Part shown: positions 39,235 through 49,319 of the stretch, one piece after another
Layout: each line of letters opens with the position of its first letter
Position numbering within the stretch: position 1 is the stretch's first letter
Assembly (NCBI GenBank): GCA_965197905.1
Contig: CBDAOB010000004.1
Coordinates: forward strand, 320,001 to 384,000
DNA: 64,000 bases
Origin: Candidatus Latescibacterota bacterium
Lineage (GTDB): Bacteria; Latescibacterota; UBA2968; UBA8231
Direction: 5' to 3'
Translations under genes and position numbers: made by a program
The notes under the pieces: generated by a model
Told to the model about the DNA's origin: nothing
What the model saw: the letters and a program-made list of their open reading frames with translations, nothing else
Databases searched by the model: none

Positions 39235-40497
39235 GTGAAAGTCACCATTTCAGCCATTTTGAGTGCCCTCGTACTACTCGTGGCAGCGCTGGCAATCTAC
39301 GACTACGTTGCCGGAGAGCGAAACAAGAATGCGGCTCTAGTCGCAGCGGTAAAGCAGAACGAGCTCGCCGACACTCAAACCCTCCTCAGAGACGGTGCGA
39401 GTCCGAACACGGTTGACGAGAATGGCGTTTCGCTGTTGAACCTCGCGGTTGCCAAACGCAATCTGACCGTAGTCGAGACCCTGCTGGAAGGCGGTGCCGA
39501 TCCGAACAGAAGTGGCCGCTCGGGCAGCACTGCACTGCGCGCAGCCCTCGAACAGAACGCGCCCGATATCGTCGCCACCCTGCTGGAGCACACGGCCGAC
39601 CCCCATGCAGAGTACGAGGGCGGCAGGACCGCCCTCCACCTGGCGGCTGACTGGGGTTATGAGAAGATTGTGCGCCACCTGTTGGCCGCCGGCGCCCAGC
39701 CGAATGTTCGTTCCGGAGGTGGGGATACCCCGCTCATGGCCGCGGCGATTCGGAATCATCCGGAAGTCGTGAAAGTCCTTTTGGAGAAGGGTGCTGATCC
39801 CAATCTCGCCATGGCCGACGGAGCGACAGCGCTCATGGCCGCAGCGGACCGCGGGTTTTCCGAGGTAGCAGTTGTCTTGCTCCGCGGCGGCGCCGACCCC
39901 AATGCTTTCTTCGCCGACAGCACGACGGCGTTGGCCTGGTCTGCGGACAGGGGCAATAAAACCATCGCCCGGGCGCTGTTGGATGCCGGCGCCGATACCG
40001 AGGCGCGGTCGCGGGACAGCGCCACTAGCCTCATTATCGCCGCCAGCCGCGGTCACCTGGAAATCCTGCGACTATTGCTGGCGGCGCGTGCAAATCCGAA
40101 CAACCCGATGGACGGACAGTTCACCGCACTGATGGCGGCAGCCCGGGCGGGGCACATGGGAGCGGTGAGGATGTTGCTCGATGCCGGCGCCGATCTTCAC
40201 GCTAGGGATGAGGAGTCTATGACGGCATTCATGTTGGCGGCGGTCCGCGGCCAGACCGAGACTGTCGGATTCTTTCTGCACCGAGGTCTGGATCCAGACG
40301 TCAAGAACAGATACGATGAACGCCCTCTCATGCTAGCTGCCGGTGAGGGACACGCGGGGATCGTTCGCTTGCTGGTGGAAGCGGGTGCCGACTTGAACGT
40401 CGTCGATTCGAGCGGTGCCACCGCGCTGGACGCCGCCATGGAGAATGACCACGACGAAGTGGTGCACTTGTTGTTGAAGATGGGTGCCCGCCCTTAG
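39235..40497 (+). CDS. Ankyrin repeat protein with N-terminal membrane anchor
   Basis: About 11-12 repeats of TAL..AA..G..EIV..LL..GADPN. Confidence 0.95.
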   Translation: MKVTISAILSALVLLVAALAIYDYVAGERNKNAALVAAVKQNELADTQTLLRDGASPNTVDENGVSLLNLAVAKRNLTVVETLLEGGADPNRSGRSGSTALRAALEQNAPDIVATLLEHTADPHAEYEGGRTALHLAADWGYEKIVRHLLAAGAQPNVRSGGGDTPLMAAAIRNHPEVVKVLLEKGADPNLAMADGATALMAAADRGFSEVAVVLLRGGADPNAFFADSTTALAWSADRGNKTIARALLDAGADTEARSRDSATSLIIAASRGHLEILRLLLAARANPNNPMDGQFTALMAAARAGHMGAVRMLLDAGADLHARDEESMTAFMLAAVRGQTETVGFFLHRGLDPDVKNRYDERPLMLAAGEGHAGIVRLLVEAGADLNVVDSSGATALDAAMENDHDEVVHLLLKMGARP

Positions 40498-40589
40498 CTA
40501 CTCACGGGATTCGTTGCCAACTATGCCGTAATTGATAGATTGCTTGCGAAGAAGCCCAGGACCGGAAAGAGTGCGACAGGAGCTTGTGC

Positions 40590-41402
40590 ATGGCCATCAC
40601 CCCATTCTTCGCGATCGCTCTAACCACCCTTGCGCTGCTGCTGAACGGGTGCGCAGGCCTGTATGCAGATCGTTCCGGCGTCCGGTCGCGTCACAACATT
40701 TCCGGATTCGTCCACCTGACGCTGATTTACGGCAGGGATTTCAGACCCGCTGCTCCACGAAGCATCATTGAACTTGCTGAGGCGATCAATAGATTTACGA
40801 ATGTCCGCGCCGAGATCGACGGACACCTCTTTCTGGATTCCGACGACCTGCATTCCTACCCATTCATCTACATCGGCGTCGACCGCGCCTTCACTCCGAC
40901 TCGAGAAGAACTAGCCAATCTGAAGTATTACTTATGGAACGGAGGATTTCTTTTTCTCGAAAACATCCAGTCTAACCGGGAGTACAGCCAGGCAGAGGCC
41001 TCACTGCGAGACATGATGAAGAAAACCCTGGGCAGCAAGGCGCGTTTTCGGATCCTGTCCAACAAGCATGGAATCTATCACAGTTTCTTCGATTTTGACG
41101 ACGGTCCCCCGCATTCGGCACCGAATTTGGATCCCTCGGCAGTCGTGGTTTCCATTCTGCCGCCTCTGGAGTTCGGACCGGAGCCGTTGGGGCGCGATGA
41201 GGTCCCCTTTTTCGAAGGCATATTCCTCAACGGCCGGCTCGCCGCTGTCTTCTCCAACAAGGCGCTCGGCCGGGCATGGGAGCGGGAGTTTCGCAATGAA
41301 CCCCATTTGAAGATGGGCGTAAACCTGGTGTTGTTCGCCTTGACTCAGCCGGGAGCCATGGCCCAGAGGAACGCCGAGATCTACCGGGAAGCCAACCCTT
41401 GA
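40590..41402 (+). CDS. DUF4159 domain protein, probable lipoprotein
   Basis: Lipobox LLNGC; YPFIYI, L..YLWNGGFL, HGIYHSFFDF, MGVN..LFALT. Confidence 0.8.
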   Translation: MAITPFFAIALTTLALLLNGCAGLYADRSGVRSRHNISGFVHLTLIYGRDFRPAAPRSIIELAEAINRFTNVRAEIDGHLFLDSDDLHSYPFIYIGVDRAFTPTREELANLKYYLWNGGFLFLENIQSNREYSQAEASLRDMMKKTLGSKARFRILSNKHGIYHSFFDFDDGPPHSAPNLDPSAVVVSILPPLEFGPEPLGRDEVPFFEGIFLNGRLAAVFSNKALGRAWEREFRNEPHLKMGVNLVLFALTQPGAMAQRNAEIYREANP

Positions 41403-42295
41403 TACAATCCCGCAGTGCAGTTTGGTTAGCCTCCAGATCGTGTCTCCTTTTCGTTCCGCTATGCTGCAGCCCCAAGACGACGGCGCTGACGGAGGTCGAC
41501 CCGCTGGTCGCCAGAGTCGATCTCACCATAGAAAACCCTGCGGGGGATCGGCACGAAATGCTGCTGATCCCCGCAGGCGAATTCGACATGGGTACCTACA
41601 ACGGGGACATTAACGAAGCCCCGAAACATGCGGTATTTCTGGATTCGTTCTACGTCGACAAATACGAGGTCAACAACGAGAAGTTTCTCAGCTTCCTGAC
41701 CGCATTGGGAAAACACAAAGATGAAAAAGGGAACGACCTGGTGGACATTCGCGATATCCAGTCTCCGTTCCGGTATGCAAACTATCGCTTTGAGCTCAAG
41801 TCGTCTCGACGGCGGCTCGACCTGGAGTTTCATCCAGTCACCGAGGTGACCTGGCGCGGCGCCGATGCGTACTGCCGTTGGGCGGGGTTTCGCCTTCCTA
41901 CCGAGGCCGAGTGGGAGAAGGCGGCGCGCGGTTTGGATGGGCGCGTCTATCCGTGGGGCAAGGTCTTCAGCAGCAAGAAGGCCAACAGCATGCAAGGCGC
42001 TCGAGTTCACATAGCCACCGCGCGGGTCGGTCATTATCCCGGCGGCATTTCGCCGTTTGGCGTGCACGACATGTCCGGCAACGTCCAGGAATGGGTCGCG
42101 GACCGCTACTCCAAGACCTACTACGAGCTGGAAGAGGGTGTCAATCCGAAGGGCCCGTCCTCGGGGCTTGGGCGCGTACTCCGTGGCGGCTCCTGGCGGG
42201 ACAACATCAAGTTCGTCACCACCACTGCCAGGACCGGCGCGGGCCCCAACACCTCCTCTGACCACATCGGATTCCGGTGCGCCAGATCTCTGTGA
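41399..42295 (+). CDS. FGE/SUMF1-sulfatase domain protein
   Basis: IPAGEFDMG, YEVNN, RLPTEAEWEKAARG, DMSGNVQEW, RGGSW, IGFRCA. Confidence 0.93.
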   Translation: MIQSRSAVWLASRSCLLFVPLCCSPKTTALTEVDPLVARVDLTIENPAGDRHEMLLIPAGEFDMGTYNGDINEAPKHAVFLDSFYVDKYEVNNEKFLSFLTALGKHKDEKGNDLVDIRDIQSPFRYANYRFELKSSRRRLDLEFHPVTEVTWRGADAYCRWAGFRLPTEAEWEKAARGLDGRVYPWGKVFSSKKANSMQGARVHIATARVGHYPGGISPFGVHDMSGNVQEWVADRYSKTYYELEEGVNPKGPSSGLGRVLRGGSWRDNIKFVTTTARTGAGPNTSSDHIGFRCARSL

Positions 42296-42300
42296 CCCGA

Positions 42301-43008
42301 ATGGACCCAGCCAGATTGCCATACGTCAGCTCCCAACTACCGGCGCTGATCTTTTCGAGTGTGCTCTGCTTCGTGCTGGTTGGATGTGGGCAGTTCGGTG
42401 ACGAGGAGGAGGAACCTCGTTTCGCCGATGAGCGTAGCGAGCCGTTTCTGGACGCAGCCCGGAAAGGAGACCTGGCGCTGGTGGGTTCGCTATTGGATGG
42501 TGGAATCGACGTGAACGTCGTCGACGGAGAGGGGGTTTCGGCGTTGGTGGCCGCCGCTTATCGCGGAAACGCGGAAATGGTCGCGGTGCTGGCGGATTCC
42601 GGGGCCGACCTGAACGCCCGCTACAAGGACGGCTCGACGGCGTTGATCCTGGCTGCGGAAAACGGTCACGTCCACGTCGCCCGTACTCTGGTGGAGGCTG
42701 GGGCTGAGCTAAATCTCACCGACGAAAAGGCCAGCACAGCGTTGATGTGGGCAGCGTTGGACGGATACGGCGAGATCGTGCGAATTCTGCTGGCTGCCGG
42801 AGCCGATCCGAATCTGCAGAACAAAAAGCAAGCGACCGCGCTGATGGCCGCGGCCTACCAGGGACACGCGGAGGTGGTCGCTCAATTGTTGGCGGCCGGC
42901 GCCCGCCGGGAAGCTCGGTACAGAAATGGATCCACCGCCCTCCGTTTGGCGGCGGAGAACGAACACGCCGAAGTAGTCAGGTTACTGCGTCGCGATCACC
43001 CACCCTGA
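42301..43008 (+). CDS. Ankyrin repeat lipoprotein
   Basis: Lipobox LVGC followed by about 6 ankyrin repeats. Confidence 0.92.
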   Translation: MDPARLPYVSSQLPALIFSSVLCFVLVGCGQFGDEEEEPRFADERSEPFLDAARKGDLALVGSLLDGGIDVNVVDGEGVSALVAAAYRGNAEMVAVLADSGADLNARYKDGSTALILAAENGHVHVARTLVEAGAELNLTDEKASTALMWAALDGYGEIVRILLAAGADPNLQNKKQATALMAAAYQGHAEVVAQLLAAGARREARYRNGSTALRLAAENEHAEVVRLLRRDHPP

Positions 43009-43017
43009 CCGACGTCA

Positions 43018-43899
43018 TTATTTCCGCCGCCGCCGGGGTTTCCACTTGCGCAGTTGTCGTTTCCAGACGCGGTCCACGGCATCCCTGACCGCCTGTGCGT
43101 CCTTCCACAACGGCCCGAATACGGAGAGATAGTACCCCGCCGGTATCTGTTCAGGACAGACGAACAGTTCCCGCCCCGGAGGGGCCGCCTCGAGCCAGCA
43201 GGCCAGAACCCGTTCGGCGAATTCGAGCCAGTCGAGAAACTCCGGAGTAATCTTGCCCCCTTTTCCCAGCGCGGGAATCTGCGCATGGTGACCATTGAAG
43301 GGCCGGAAGTGTATCTGGTTGGCCAGTTGGATGAGGTCTGGTCGTTCCGCCAACCGATCCCAGTAAGGCGGGCTCAAGTGTTTGACGATCGCAGGGTGGG
43401 AAAAGTCCCAGGTCATCTTCAGCGGTTTCTTCTCCGCCTTCTCGAAACCTTCGGCCAGGGCGTACGCCTTTTCCGGCGTCTCGGTGCAGGTATCGCGGTG
43501 GACCTCGATGGAGACGTCCATCTCCAGATCATCGGCGATCGCCATCACCCGGCGCCCGACGGCAACGGCGCGTTTGGTCGGGGTGTCGTGGTTCAGCATC
43601 TGAACGTTGACGCAGCGCGCGCCCGCTTCTTTGATCGCCCGGAATTTGGATCTGATTTCTCCGGCGCCGCCGATGTCCGACGTGGCCACGAAGATCAATC
43701 CGGAATTCTGTGCAATCTCAGGGGTGATAAAGGGAATCCTACCGGTAAAGCCATCGAATCCTGCTTTTTTGATCCGCGCCAGCTTCTGCACGACGGTCTT
43801 CTTGTCCATTTTGTCGCCGTACTCGATGCCCTGCGAACCCAGACTGGCCATATGTCGAATCACGGGCTTGGAGGGTTGTTTCTTCCTGGCTGCCATCAT
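43018..43899 (-). CDS. Xylose isomerase-like TIM-barrel protein
   Basis: AGFDG, EVHR, DFSH, HFR, CPE metal-ligand pattern. Confidence 0.72.
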   Translation of the reverse strand: MMAARKKQPSKPVIRHMASLGSQGIEYGDKMDKKTVVQKLARIKKAGFDGFTGRIPFITPEIAQNSGLIFVATSDIGGAGEIRSKFRAIKEAGARCVNVQMLNHDTPTKRAVAVGRRVMAIADDLEMDVSIEVHRDTCTETPEKAYALAEGFEKAEKKPLKMTWDFSHPAIVKHLSPPYWDRLAERPDLIQLANQIHFRPFNGHHAQIPALGKGGKITPEFLDWLEFAERVLACWLEAAPPGRELFVCPEQIPAGYYLSVFGPLWKDAQAVRDAVDRVWKRQLRKWKPRRRRK

Positions 43900-43989
43900 T
43901 TTTCTCCTGCAACTGAGTTTGGTTTTCGAACTACCGGGCAGCGTCGCGGACACAAGGTAAGGCGGCAAAAATAGGCCGGCAACCGCCTA

Positions 43990-44152
43990 GTGTGCTGTCG
44001 CAGAGATAAGTTGACAAAATTCGGCCGTTGAGGCAGCGCGGTTCGCAAGGCGGCTGAGCGAGCCGTACTGGTGGAGTACGGCGAGCGAAGTCAACGCGGC
44101 GAACCGCGATGGATCGGCGGCAGTATGTTGACAGATTTCTGCGACAGCACAC
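43990..44152 (+). mobile_element. 163-bp MITE-like element C
   Basis: TIRs GTGTGCTGTCGCAGA / TCTGCGACAGCACAC; core CAAGGCG (44046)...CAACGC (44092). Confidence 0.82.
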
Positions 44153-44153
44153 T

Positions 44154-46055
44154 TCAGCTTCTCCGTACACGCACGTCGCCCTGGCGCTCGGTGGTCCCTT
44201 CGCGATCGAAAAGACTGAGGAAAGCCATAGCCGATTTCCGGTTGCTGCTGATCAGGTCGCGGAAGGTCGCCACCGTCACCTCTCCGTGAATCTGCAGATG
44301 AGCCAAAAGCTCCTGGCGCACCGAGTCGACCAACGAGCGATGCGCCAACAGGCCACCCTCGAGGGCTGCCACAGTGCCCAGACTCTGCAATGCGTTCAAC
44401 ACGTTAATTACTCCCTTCTCGTCGGCCTTGAGCTGTCGTGCAAGGGAGGACGCGTCCGGCATGGCGGCAGGTGTAGCCAGCTCGAGTTCGGTCTCGATCC
44501 GTTTCTTTAGGTCTTCCTCTTGCGGCGAAAATCGGATTCCGTGGTCCTTTGCCCTCACCACCGAGCCCTCGAGCGCGATCCGTCCGCTCTCGGCCAGGTG
44601 GTCCAGTACGCGGTCGAACAACTCCTGGCGAACGTAACGGGCGGTTAGACTGCGCAGTTCCTGGCGACGCAGACCTTGCTTCAACGGGTTGTCAGCATGG
44701 TACGCCTGCAGCCCGGCGTAGACGGCGGCGGTCAATCCTTCCCAATGAACGGTGTGTATGGCGCTGACTCGATGTTCGAGCTCGCGGGTAACCGCATAGC
44801 CGTTCGACTCCAATTGGTGCAGAATCTCTGTCATCTCCTCGACGCCGCGACCGCAACCTCCCGCCAGCTCGGTTACGCTACAGAATTCGTTAGTCACCAG
44901 GCGCAGCTTGGCCTCGACGGCACCCGCTAGATCGCCGGTCTCTAGTGCCTGTCTCTGGGCTTGCAACGCTTCATCGGCGGATTTGCGTTTGCGCGGATGA
45001 GGTTCCAAAACTTGACCGCCACCTATCGTAATCGGCGGCGAGTAGCGGCGGATGACAAAGCGGTCTCCCCAAGCGGCAACCACTGGTGACTCGAGCCGCA
45101 GCTGGGCGAGCGCTTCATCTCCTTTCTCCAGCACCTCGCGATCGAGCAGCACCACCCGGGCGAGGATCTCGGTGGTGCCGACGTGGAGCCGCACGCGCGC
45201 GCGCTGTGCCAGCTCGCGGGGACTGGATGACAACAGTTTCAGGGTGACGTCCAGCATGTGGGTGGGTCGCAGGAAGTCGGGGCTCGCGAGGGTATCTCCA
45301 CGCTGGATCTCGCTCTGCTCGAGGCCGGGCAGATTGATCGCCGCCCTGTCTCCGGTTTGGACCGCCTCTACAAGCTCTCCATGCTGTTGTATACCGCGCA
45401 CCCGTATCTGGCGGCATGAGGGCAGCATCTCGATCATCTCCCCTTCGCGCAAACTGCCCGATAGAACCGTTCCGGTACTGACCAGACCGAATCCTTTGAC
45501 CACGAAGGTGCGATCCACCGGTAGCCGGAACGGCCCTAGATCCTGTCGCGCCCTCGTCTCCTTGATCATTCGCCGCAGGTGATCCTCGAGCTGATCGATG
45601 CCGTCCCCGGTGAGCGCCGACACGCGTATGATCTCCGCATCTTGCATACCGGTACCGCTGACCAGATCGCGGATCTCCTCCTCCACCAGGTCGAGCCAGT
45701 CCGCTTCGGCCAGGTCCACCTTGTTCAGGGCGATGACACCCCGGGTCACACCCATGAGATCGAGAATGTCCAGATGCTCGCGGGACTGCGGCATGACCCC
45801 GTCGTCGGCGGCGATGACAAACAGGCCGATGTCGATCGTGCTCACCCCGGCTACCATGGTTTTGACGAAGCGCTCGTGACCGGGCACATCGATGATGGTG
45901 GCTTCATCTCCGAAGAACGCGAAACCGAGCTCAATAGTTATTCCTCGGGCTCTCTCCTGGGGAGCGCGGTCGGTGTCGACACCCGTGAGACCTTTGACGA
46001 TCAGCGTTTTGCCGTGGTCGATATGTCCGGCCGTGCCTATGACAGTGTGGCTCAT
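44154..46055 (-). CDS. selB: Selenocysteine-specific elongation factor
   Basis: IGTAGHIDHGKT, RGITIELGF, DVPGHERFVKTM, NKVD, C-terminal winged-helix extension. Confidence 0.96.
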   Translation of the reverse strand: MSHTVIGTAGHIDHGKTLIVKGLTGVDTDRAPQERARGITIELGFAFFGDEATIIDVPGHERFVKTMVAGVSTIDIGLFVIAADDGVMPQSREHLDILDLMGVTRGVIALNKVDLAEADWLDLVEEEIRDLVSGTGMQDAEIIRVSALTGDGIDQLEDHLRRMIKETRARQDLGPFRLPVDRTFVVKGFGLVSTGTVLSGSLREGEMIEMLPSCRQIRVRGIQQHGELVEAVQTGDRAAINLPGLEQSEIQRGDTLASPDFLRPTHMLDVTLKLLSSSPRELAQRARVRLHVGTTEILARVVLLDREVLEKGDEALAQLRLESPVVAAWGDRFVIRRYSPPITIGGGQVLEPHPRKRKSADEALQAQRQALETGDLAGAVEAKLRLVTNEFCSVTELAGGCGRGVEEMTEILHQLESNGYAVTRELEHRVSAIHTVHWEGLTAAVYAGLQAYHADNPLKQGLRRQELRSLTARYVRQELFDRVLDHLAESGRIALEGSVVRAKDHGIRFSPQEEDLKKRIETELELATPAAMPDASSLARQLKADEKGVINVLNALQSLGTVAALEGGLLAHRSLVDSVRQELLAHLQIHGEVTVATFRDLISSNRKSAMAFLSLFDREGTTERQGDVRVRRS

Positions 46056-46188
46056 TGCGAGGATAGCTGGTGTGGCGGACACCGAGGCGTCCGGTTGTCC
46101 AGTTTGTGTGAAGCGATATTTTGGGTGGTGAAAGATATTCCGGTCCAGATGGCTACACAACTTGATCGCGAGGATTCCGGAGAGCAAT

Positions 46189-46812
46189 ATGGCAGAAGTG
46201 CTGAGCGTCGATCCTGATCATCTCAGGGGGCGGCATCTCAAGAAGGCGGTCGAGATACTCCTTGGGGGCGGCGTCGTGGTCTACCCAACCGATACCATCT
46301 ACGGATTGGGTTGTGACATCACCAAGAAAGAAGCTATCGAGCGAGTCCGCCGCATAAAAGGGCGAGACAAAAAGAAACCGATGTCGTTCGTTTGTTCCGA
46401 CCTGGTCAACATCAGCCGCTACGCCCATGTCAGTAAGTTCAGTTATCGCGTCCTAAAGCGGTTTCTTCCGGGAGCATACACCTTCGTGTTGCCCGCAACC
46501 AAAGAGACACCCCGAATACTCCAGACGAAACAGAAGACGGTGGGTATTCGGGTCCCGGATCATCCCTTGACCCTGGCTCTTGTTCGGGATCTGGGAAACC
46601 CGATTATCAGCACCAGCGCCAATCACACCGGCGAGGACGTCTTGACCGATCCACGGGATCTGGTGGAAACCCTTGGCAGTCGCGTAGATCTGATCATGGA
46701 ATGCGGGATCCTTCCAGTGCAGCCATCCAGCGTGGTGTCTTTGGTAAACGACCAGGTGGAGATATTGCGGGAGGGGATCGGCGACCTGAGTTTTTTTGAG
46801 GAGCAGCTCTGA
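46189..46812 (+). CDS. Sua5/YciO/YrdC family threonylcarbamoyl-AMP synthase-like protein
   Basis: VYPTDTIYGLGC, KGR..KKP, PGAYT, VGIRVPDH, STSAN. Confidence 0.92.
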   Translation: MAEVLSVDPDHLRGRHLKKAVEILLGGGVVVYPTDTIYGLGCDITKKEAIERVRRIKGRDKKKPMSFVCSDLVNISRYAHVSKFSYRVLKRFLPGAYTFVLPATKETPRILQTKQKTVGIRVPDHPLTLALVRDLGNPIISTSANHTGEDVLTDPRDLVETLGSRVDLIMECGILPVQPSSVVSLVNDQVEILREGIGDLSFFEEQL

Positions 46813-46815
46813 ATC

Positions 46816-49305
46816 ATGAACGCGAAGACCCGCCCTAGCCGCGATCAAACGGGAAGGTGCATCTTCATCATTCTGGCATGTTGTGCGATCTGTCCGGCGG
46901 CCGCTGGCGCACAAGGTGCGTTCGAACCGTACGAGTCCAGATCTGAGTTCCTGCTGACCTCGCCGGCGAGCAGCGCCACAGGTTTGCATGGGTATTTGAA
47001 CCCGGCCCTGGTCGGGCATATCCGGGGTCCCGAAACCGTCTTCGTCTGGTCCGATCGCCGAGATAAACGGCAGGGTAGTAACCAGTGGGGGCTTTTCACT
47101 GGTTTTCCACATCTGGGGTTGGGCATGGTGCACCGCCGCCTTCCAGGCCGAGACCTGACCGACTACAACCTTGCCGTTGCCTCCGGTGATCGCTCCGGGA
47201 GTCTCGGCGTCGCCTATGGGTGGTCCAGTGGCAGCGCTGGCCGAAACGGCCGACAGAACCGGATTTCGATCGGCACCCTGGTGCGCCCCTCCCAACAGGT
47301 TTCACTCGGAATTACGGTCGTTTCCACCCTCGACGGGGCGCGGGAAGGGGTCGCTGATCTGGCGCTTCGGCCCGCTTTCGGGCGACGGCTCACTCTGTTT
47401 GCCGAGGCCGCGAGCGCCAACAAGGAAGGGGGCGGCGACGAGTACTGGAGTGGCGGCGCCAGCTTCGAGATTGTGGACGGCATCTTGCTCACGGGAAGGT
47501 TTTTCGACAACCGCACCGTCAGCCTGGGCATCGAGCTTGGCCTCAGTCGATCTGCGTTTAACACCCAATCGCGACTCGATGGAGATCGGCGTGAATTCAA
47601 CACCTACTCCACCCGTATCGGACCGCGACGGGCATCGGCACTGACTCGATATTGGCAGCCCGACCCGAAATACCTGGAGCTCCTGTTCGACACCCCGATC
47701 GTTCATCGACGTTTCCCATTGTTCGATCGATCTCAGACCCTTCTCGACCTGTTGCAGCTGATCGACCGCTCGCGCACCGACGATTCGATTCAGGGTCTCG
47801 CTCTGAACCTGTCAGGGCTCCGTATCTCATTTGCCATGTCGTGGGAACTGCGCGAGGCGCTCAGAGAGTTCAAGGCCGCGGGCAAGCGCGTCATCGTCTA
47901 CATTGACCGGACCAACCTCGTCGGTTATCACCTGGCCTCGGTCGCCGATCGCGTCTACATGGATCCTGTCGGCATGCTGTCGCTGGAAGGTTTTGTCGCC
48001 GGGCAAACCTATTTCGCGGGCAGCTTGCAGAAACTGGGCCTAGGATTCGACGAGTGGCGGTTCTTCAAATACAAGTCTGCAGTGGAAGCCTTGAGCCGCC
48101 GCGAGATGTCGGCCGCGGATCGGGAGCAGTGGTCCCAACTGATCGAGGATTTTTATGGGACAGTGCGCAGCGAGATATGCGCCGAACGCAAGCTTAAGCC
48201 TGCCGAATTCGATCGCCTCGTCGACGAGACCACGATGTTCCTCCCCGAGGATGCCCTGAGCAGCGGCCTGGTGGACAGCCTTGGCCGCTGGGATGACCTG
48301 GAGACGTTGGTTCAGGATCTGGAGGGCGGCAAAGGGTCCGTTGCCCGCAGCTACGAGCCGATACACGATGCGGACTGGGGAGCCAGACCGCGCGTCGCCG
48401 TGGTCTACGCCCTCGGTGTCTGCGCCATGGACAGCGGCATTGGAGCGCGCACGTTGTCCAAAGAGCTTGAGTCGATCAAGGATGACGAAAACATCGACGC
48501 GGTCGTATTGCGCGTGGATTCGCCGGGAGGTGACGGTTTGGCGTCCGATCTGGTCGCTTCAGCGGTGACCCGATGTCGGGAGAAGAAACCGGTGATCGTC
48601 TCCCAGGGATCGGTGGCTGCGTCGGGCGGTTACTGGCTGTCGATGAATGCGGATTCCATCGTCGCGGCACCCAACACCGTCACCGGCTCCATCGGCATCA
48701 TCGGCGGCTGGCTCTATGACCTGGAGTTCAAACAGAGATTGGGCATGACCACCGACCACGTTAAGGTGGGCGCCCACGCCGACCTGCCGTTCGGCGCCAC
48801 TCTTCCCTTGCTGGGTTTGACCTTGCCGGATCGCAATCTCGATAGCGGCGAACAAGAGACGATGGAACGGGTGATGCGGAGCTTGTACCGGGACTTCGTC
48901 GACAAGGTCGGAAAGGGTCGCGGGCTGAGCACCGAGACGGTCGAGGAATCTGCGCAAGGTCGAGTGTGGTCGGGCAAGCGCGCGATGGAGCGCGGGCTCG
49001 TGGACGAACTTGGGGGTTTGAATCGGGCGATCCGAATCGCCGCGGAAAAGGCCGGCATCCCCGCAGACTCGGACGTGGAGCTGGTCGAATATCCCCGTCA
49101 ATCGCTCCTCGACCCCGGTTTCTTCACACCCAGCCTGGTGCGATCCGAGGCGTCCACGTTCTTGGATTTCTTAAGATTTCGGGTCGATCACAATGGGCGG
49201 CCGCTGGCGTTGATGCCGGAAGCGTTCATCAACAGCTTTGCCCATGAGCTGCCGCAGGTGGAGCCGCTGGGCGCCTTCGGCAGGGATGGGGACGACGAAC
49301 CCTAG
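46816..49305 (+). CDS. sppA: Signal peptide peptidase (S49) with an extra N-terminal beta-rich domain
   Basis: KYKSAVE, LRVDSPGG, AASGGYW, TGSIGI, QGRVWSG..A...GLVDELGG. Confidence 0.9.
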   Translation: MNAKTRPSRDQTGRCIFIILACCAICPAAAGAQGAFEPYESRSEFLLTSPASSATGLHGYLNPALVGHIRGPETVFVWSDRRDKRQGSNQWGLFTGFPHLGLGMVHRRLPGRDLTDYNLAVASGDRSGSLGVAYGWSSGSAGRNGRQNRISIGTLVRPSQQVSLGITVVSTLDGAREGVADLALRPAFGRRLTLFAEAASANKEGGGDEYWSGGASFEIVDGILLTGRFFDNRTVSLGIELGLSRSAFNTQSRLDGDRREFNTYSTRIGPRRASALTRYWQPDPKYLELLFDTPIVHRRFPLFDRSQTLLDLLQLIDRSRTDDSIQGLALNLSGLRISFAMSWELREALREFKAAGKRVIVYIDRTNLVGYHLASVADRVYMDPVGMLSLEGFVAGQTYFAGSLQKLGLGFDEWRFFKYKSAVEALSRREMSAADREQWSQLIEDFYGTVRSEICAERKLKPAEFDRLVDETTMFLPEDALSSGLVDSLGRWDDLETLVQDLEGGKGSVARSYEPIHDADWGARPRVAVVYALGVCAMDSGIGARTLSKELESIKDDENIDAVVLRVDSPGGDGLASDLVASAVTRCREKKPVIVSQGSVAASGGYWLSMNADSIVAAPNTVTGSIGIIGGWLYDLEFKQRLGMTTDHVKVGAHADLPFGATLPLLGLTLPDRNLDSGEQETMERVMRSLYRDFVDKVGKGRGLSTETVEESAQGRVWSGKRAMERGLVDELGGLNRAIRIAAEKAGIPADSDVELVEYPRQSLLDPGFFTPSLVRSEASTFLDFLRFRVDHNGRPLALMPEAFINSFAHELPQVEPLGAFGRDGDDEP

Positions 49306-49319
49306 CCGCCGTGGCGCGC

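Noticed and set aside
46810..46818. The Sua5-family TGA is in frame with the sppA ATG (TGA ATC ATG) next to selB, suggesting selenocysteine read-through
   Set aside because: Both proteins are complete on their own, SppA starts with a signal peptide, and there is no Cys-equivalent position or evident SECIS.
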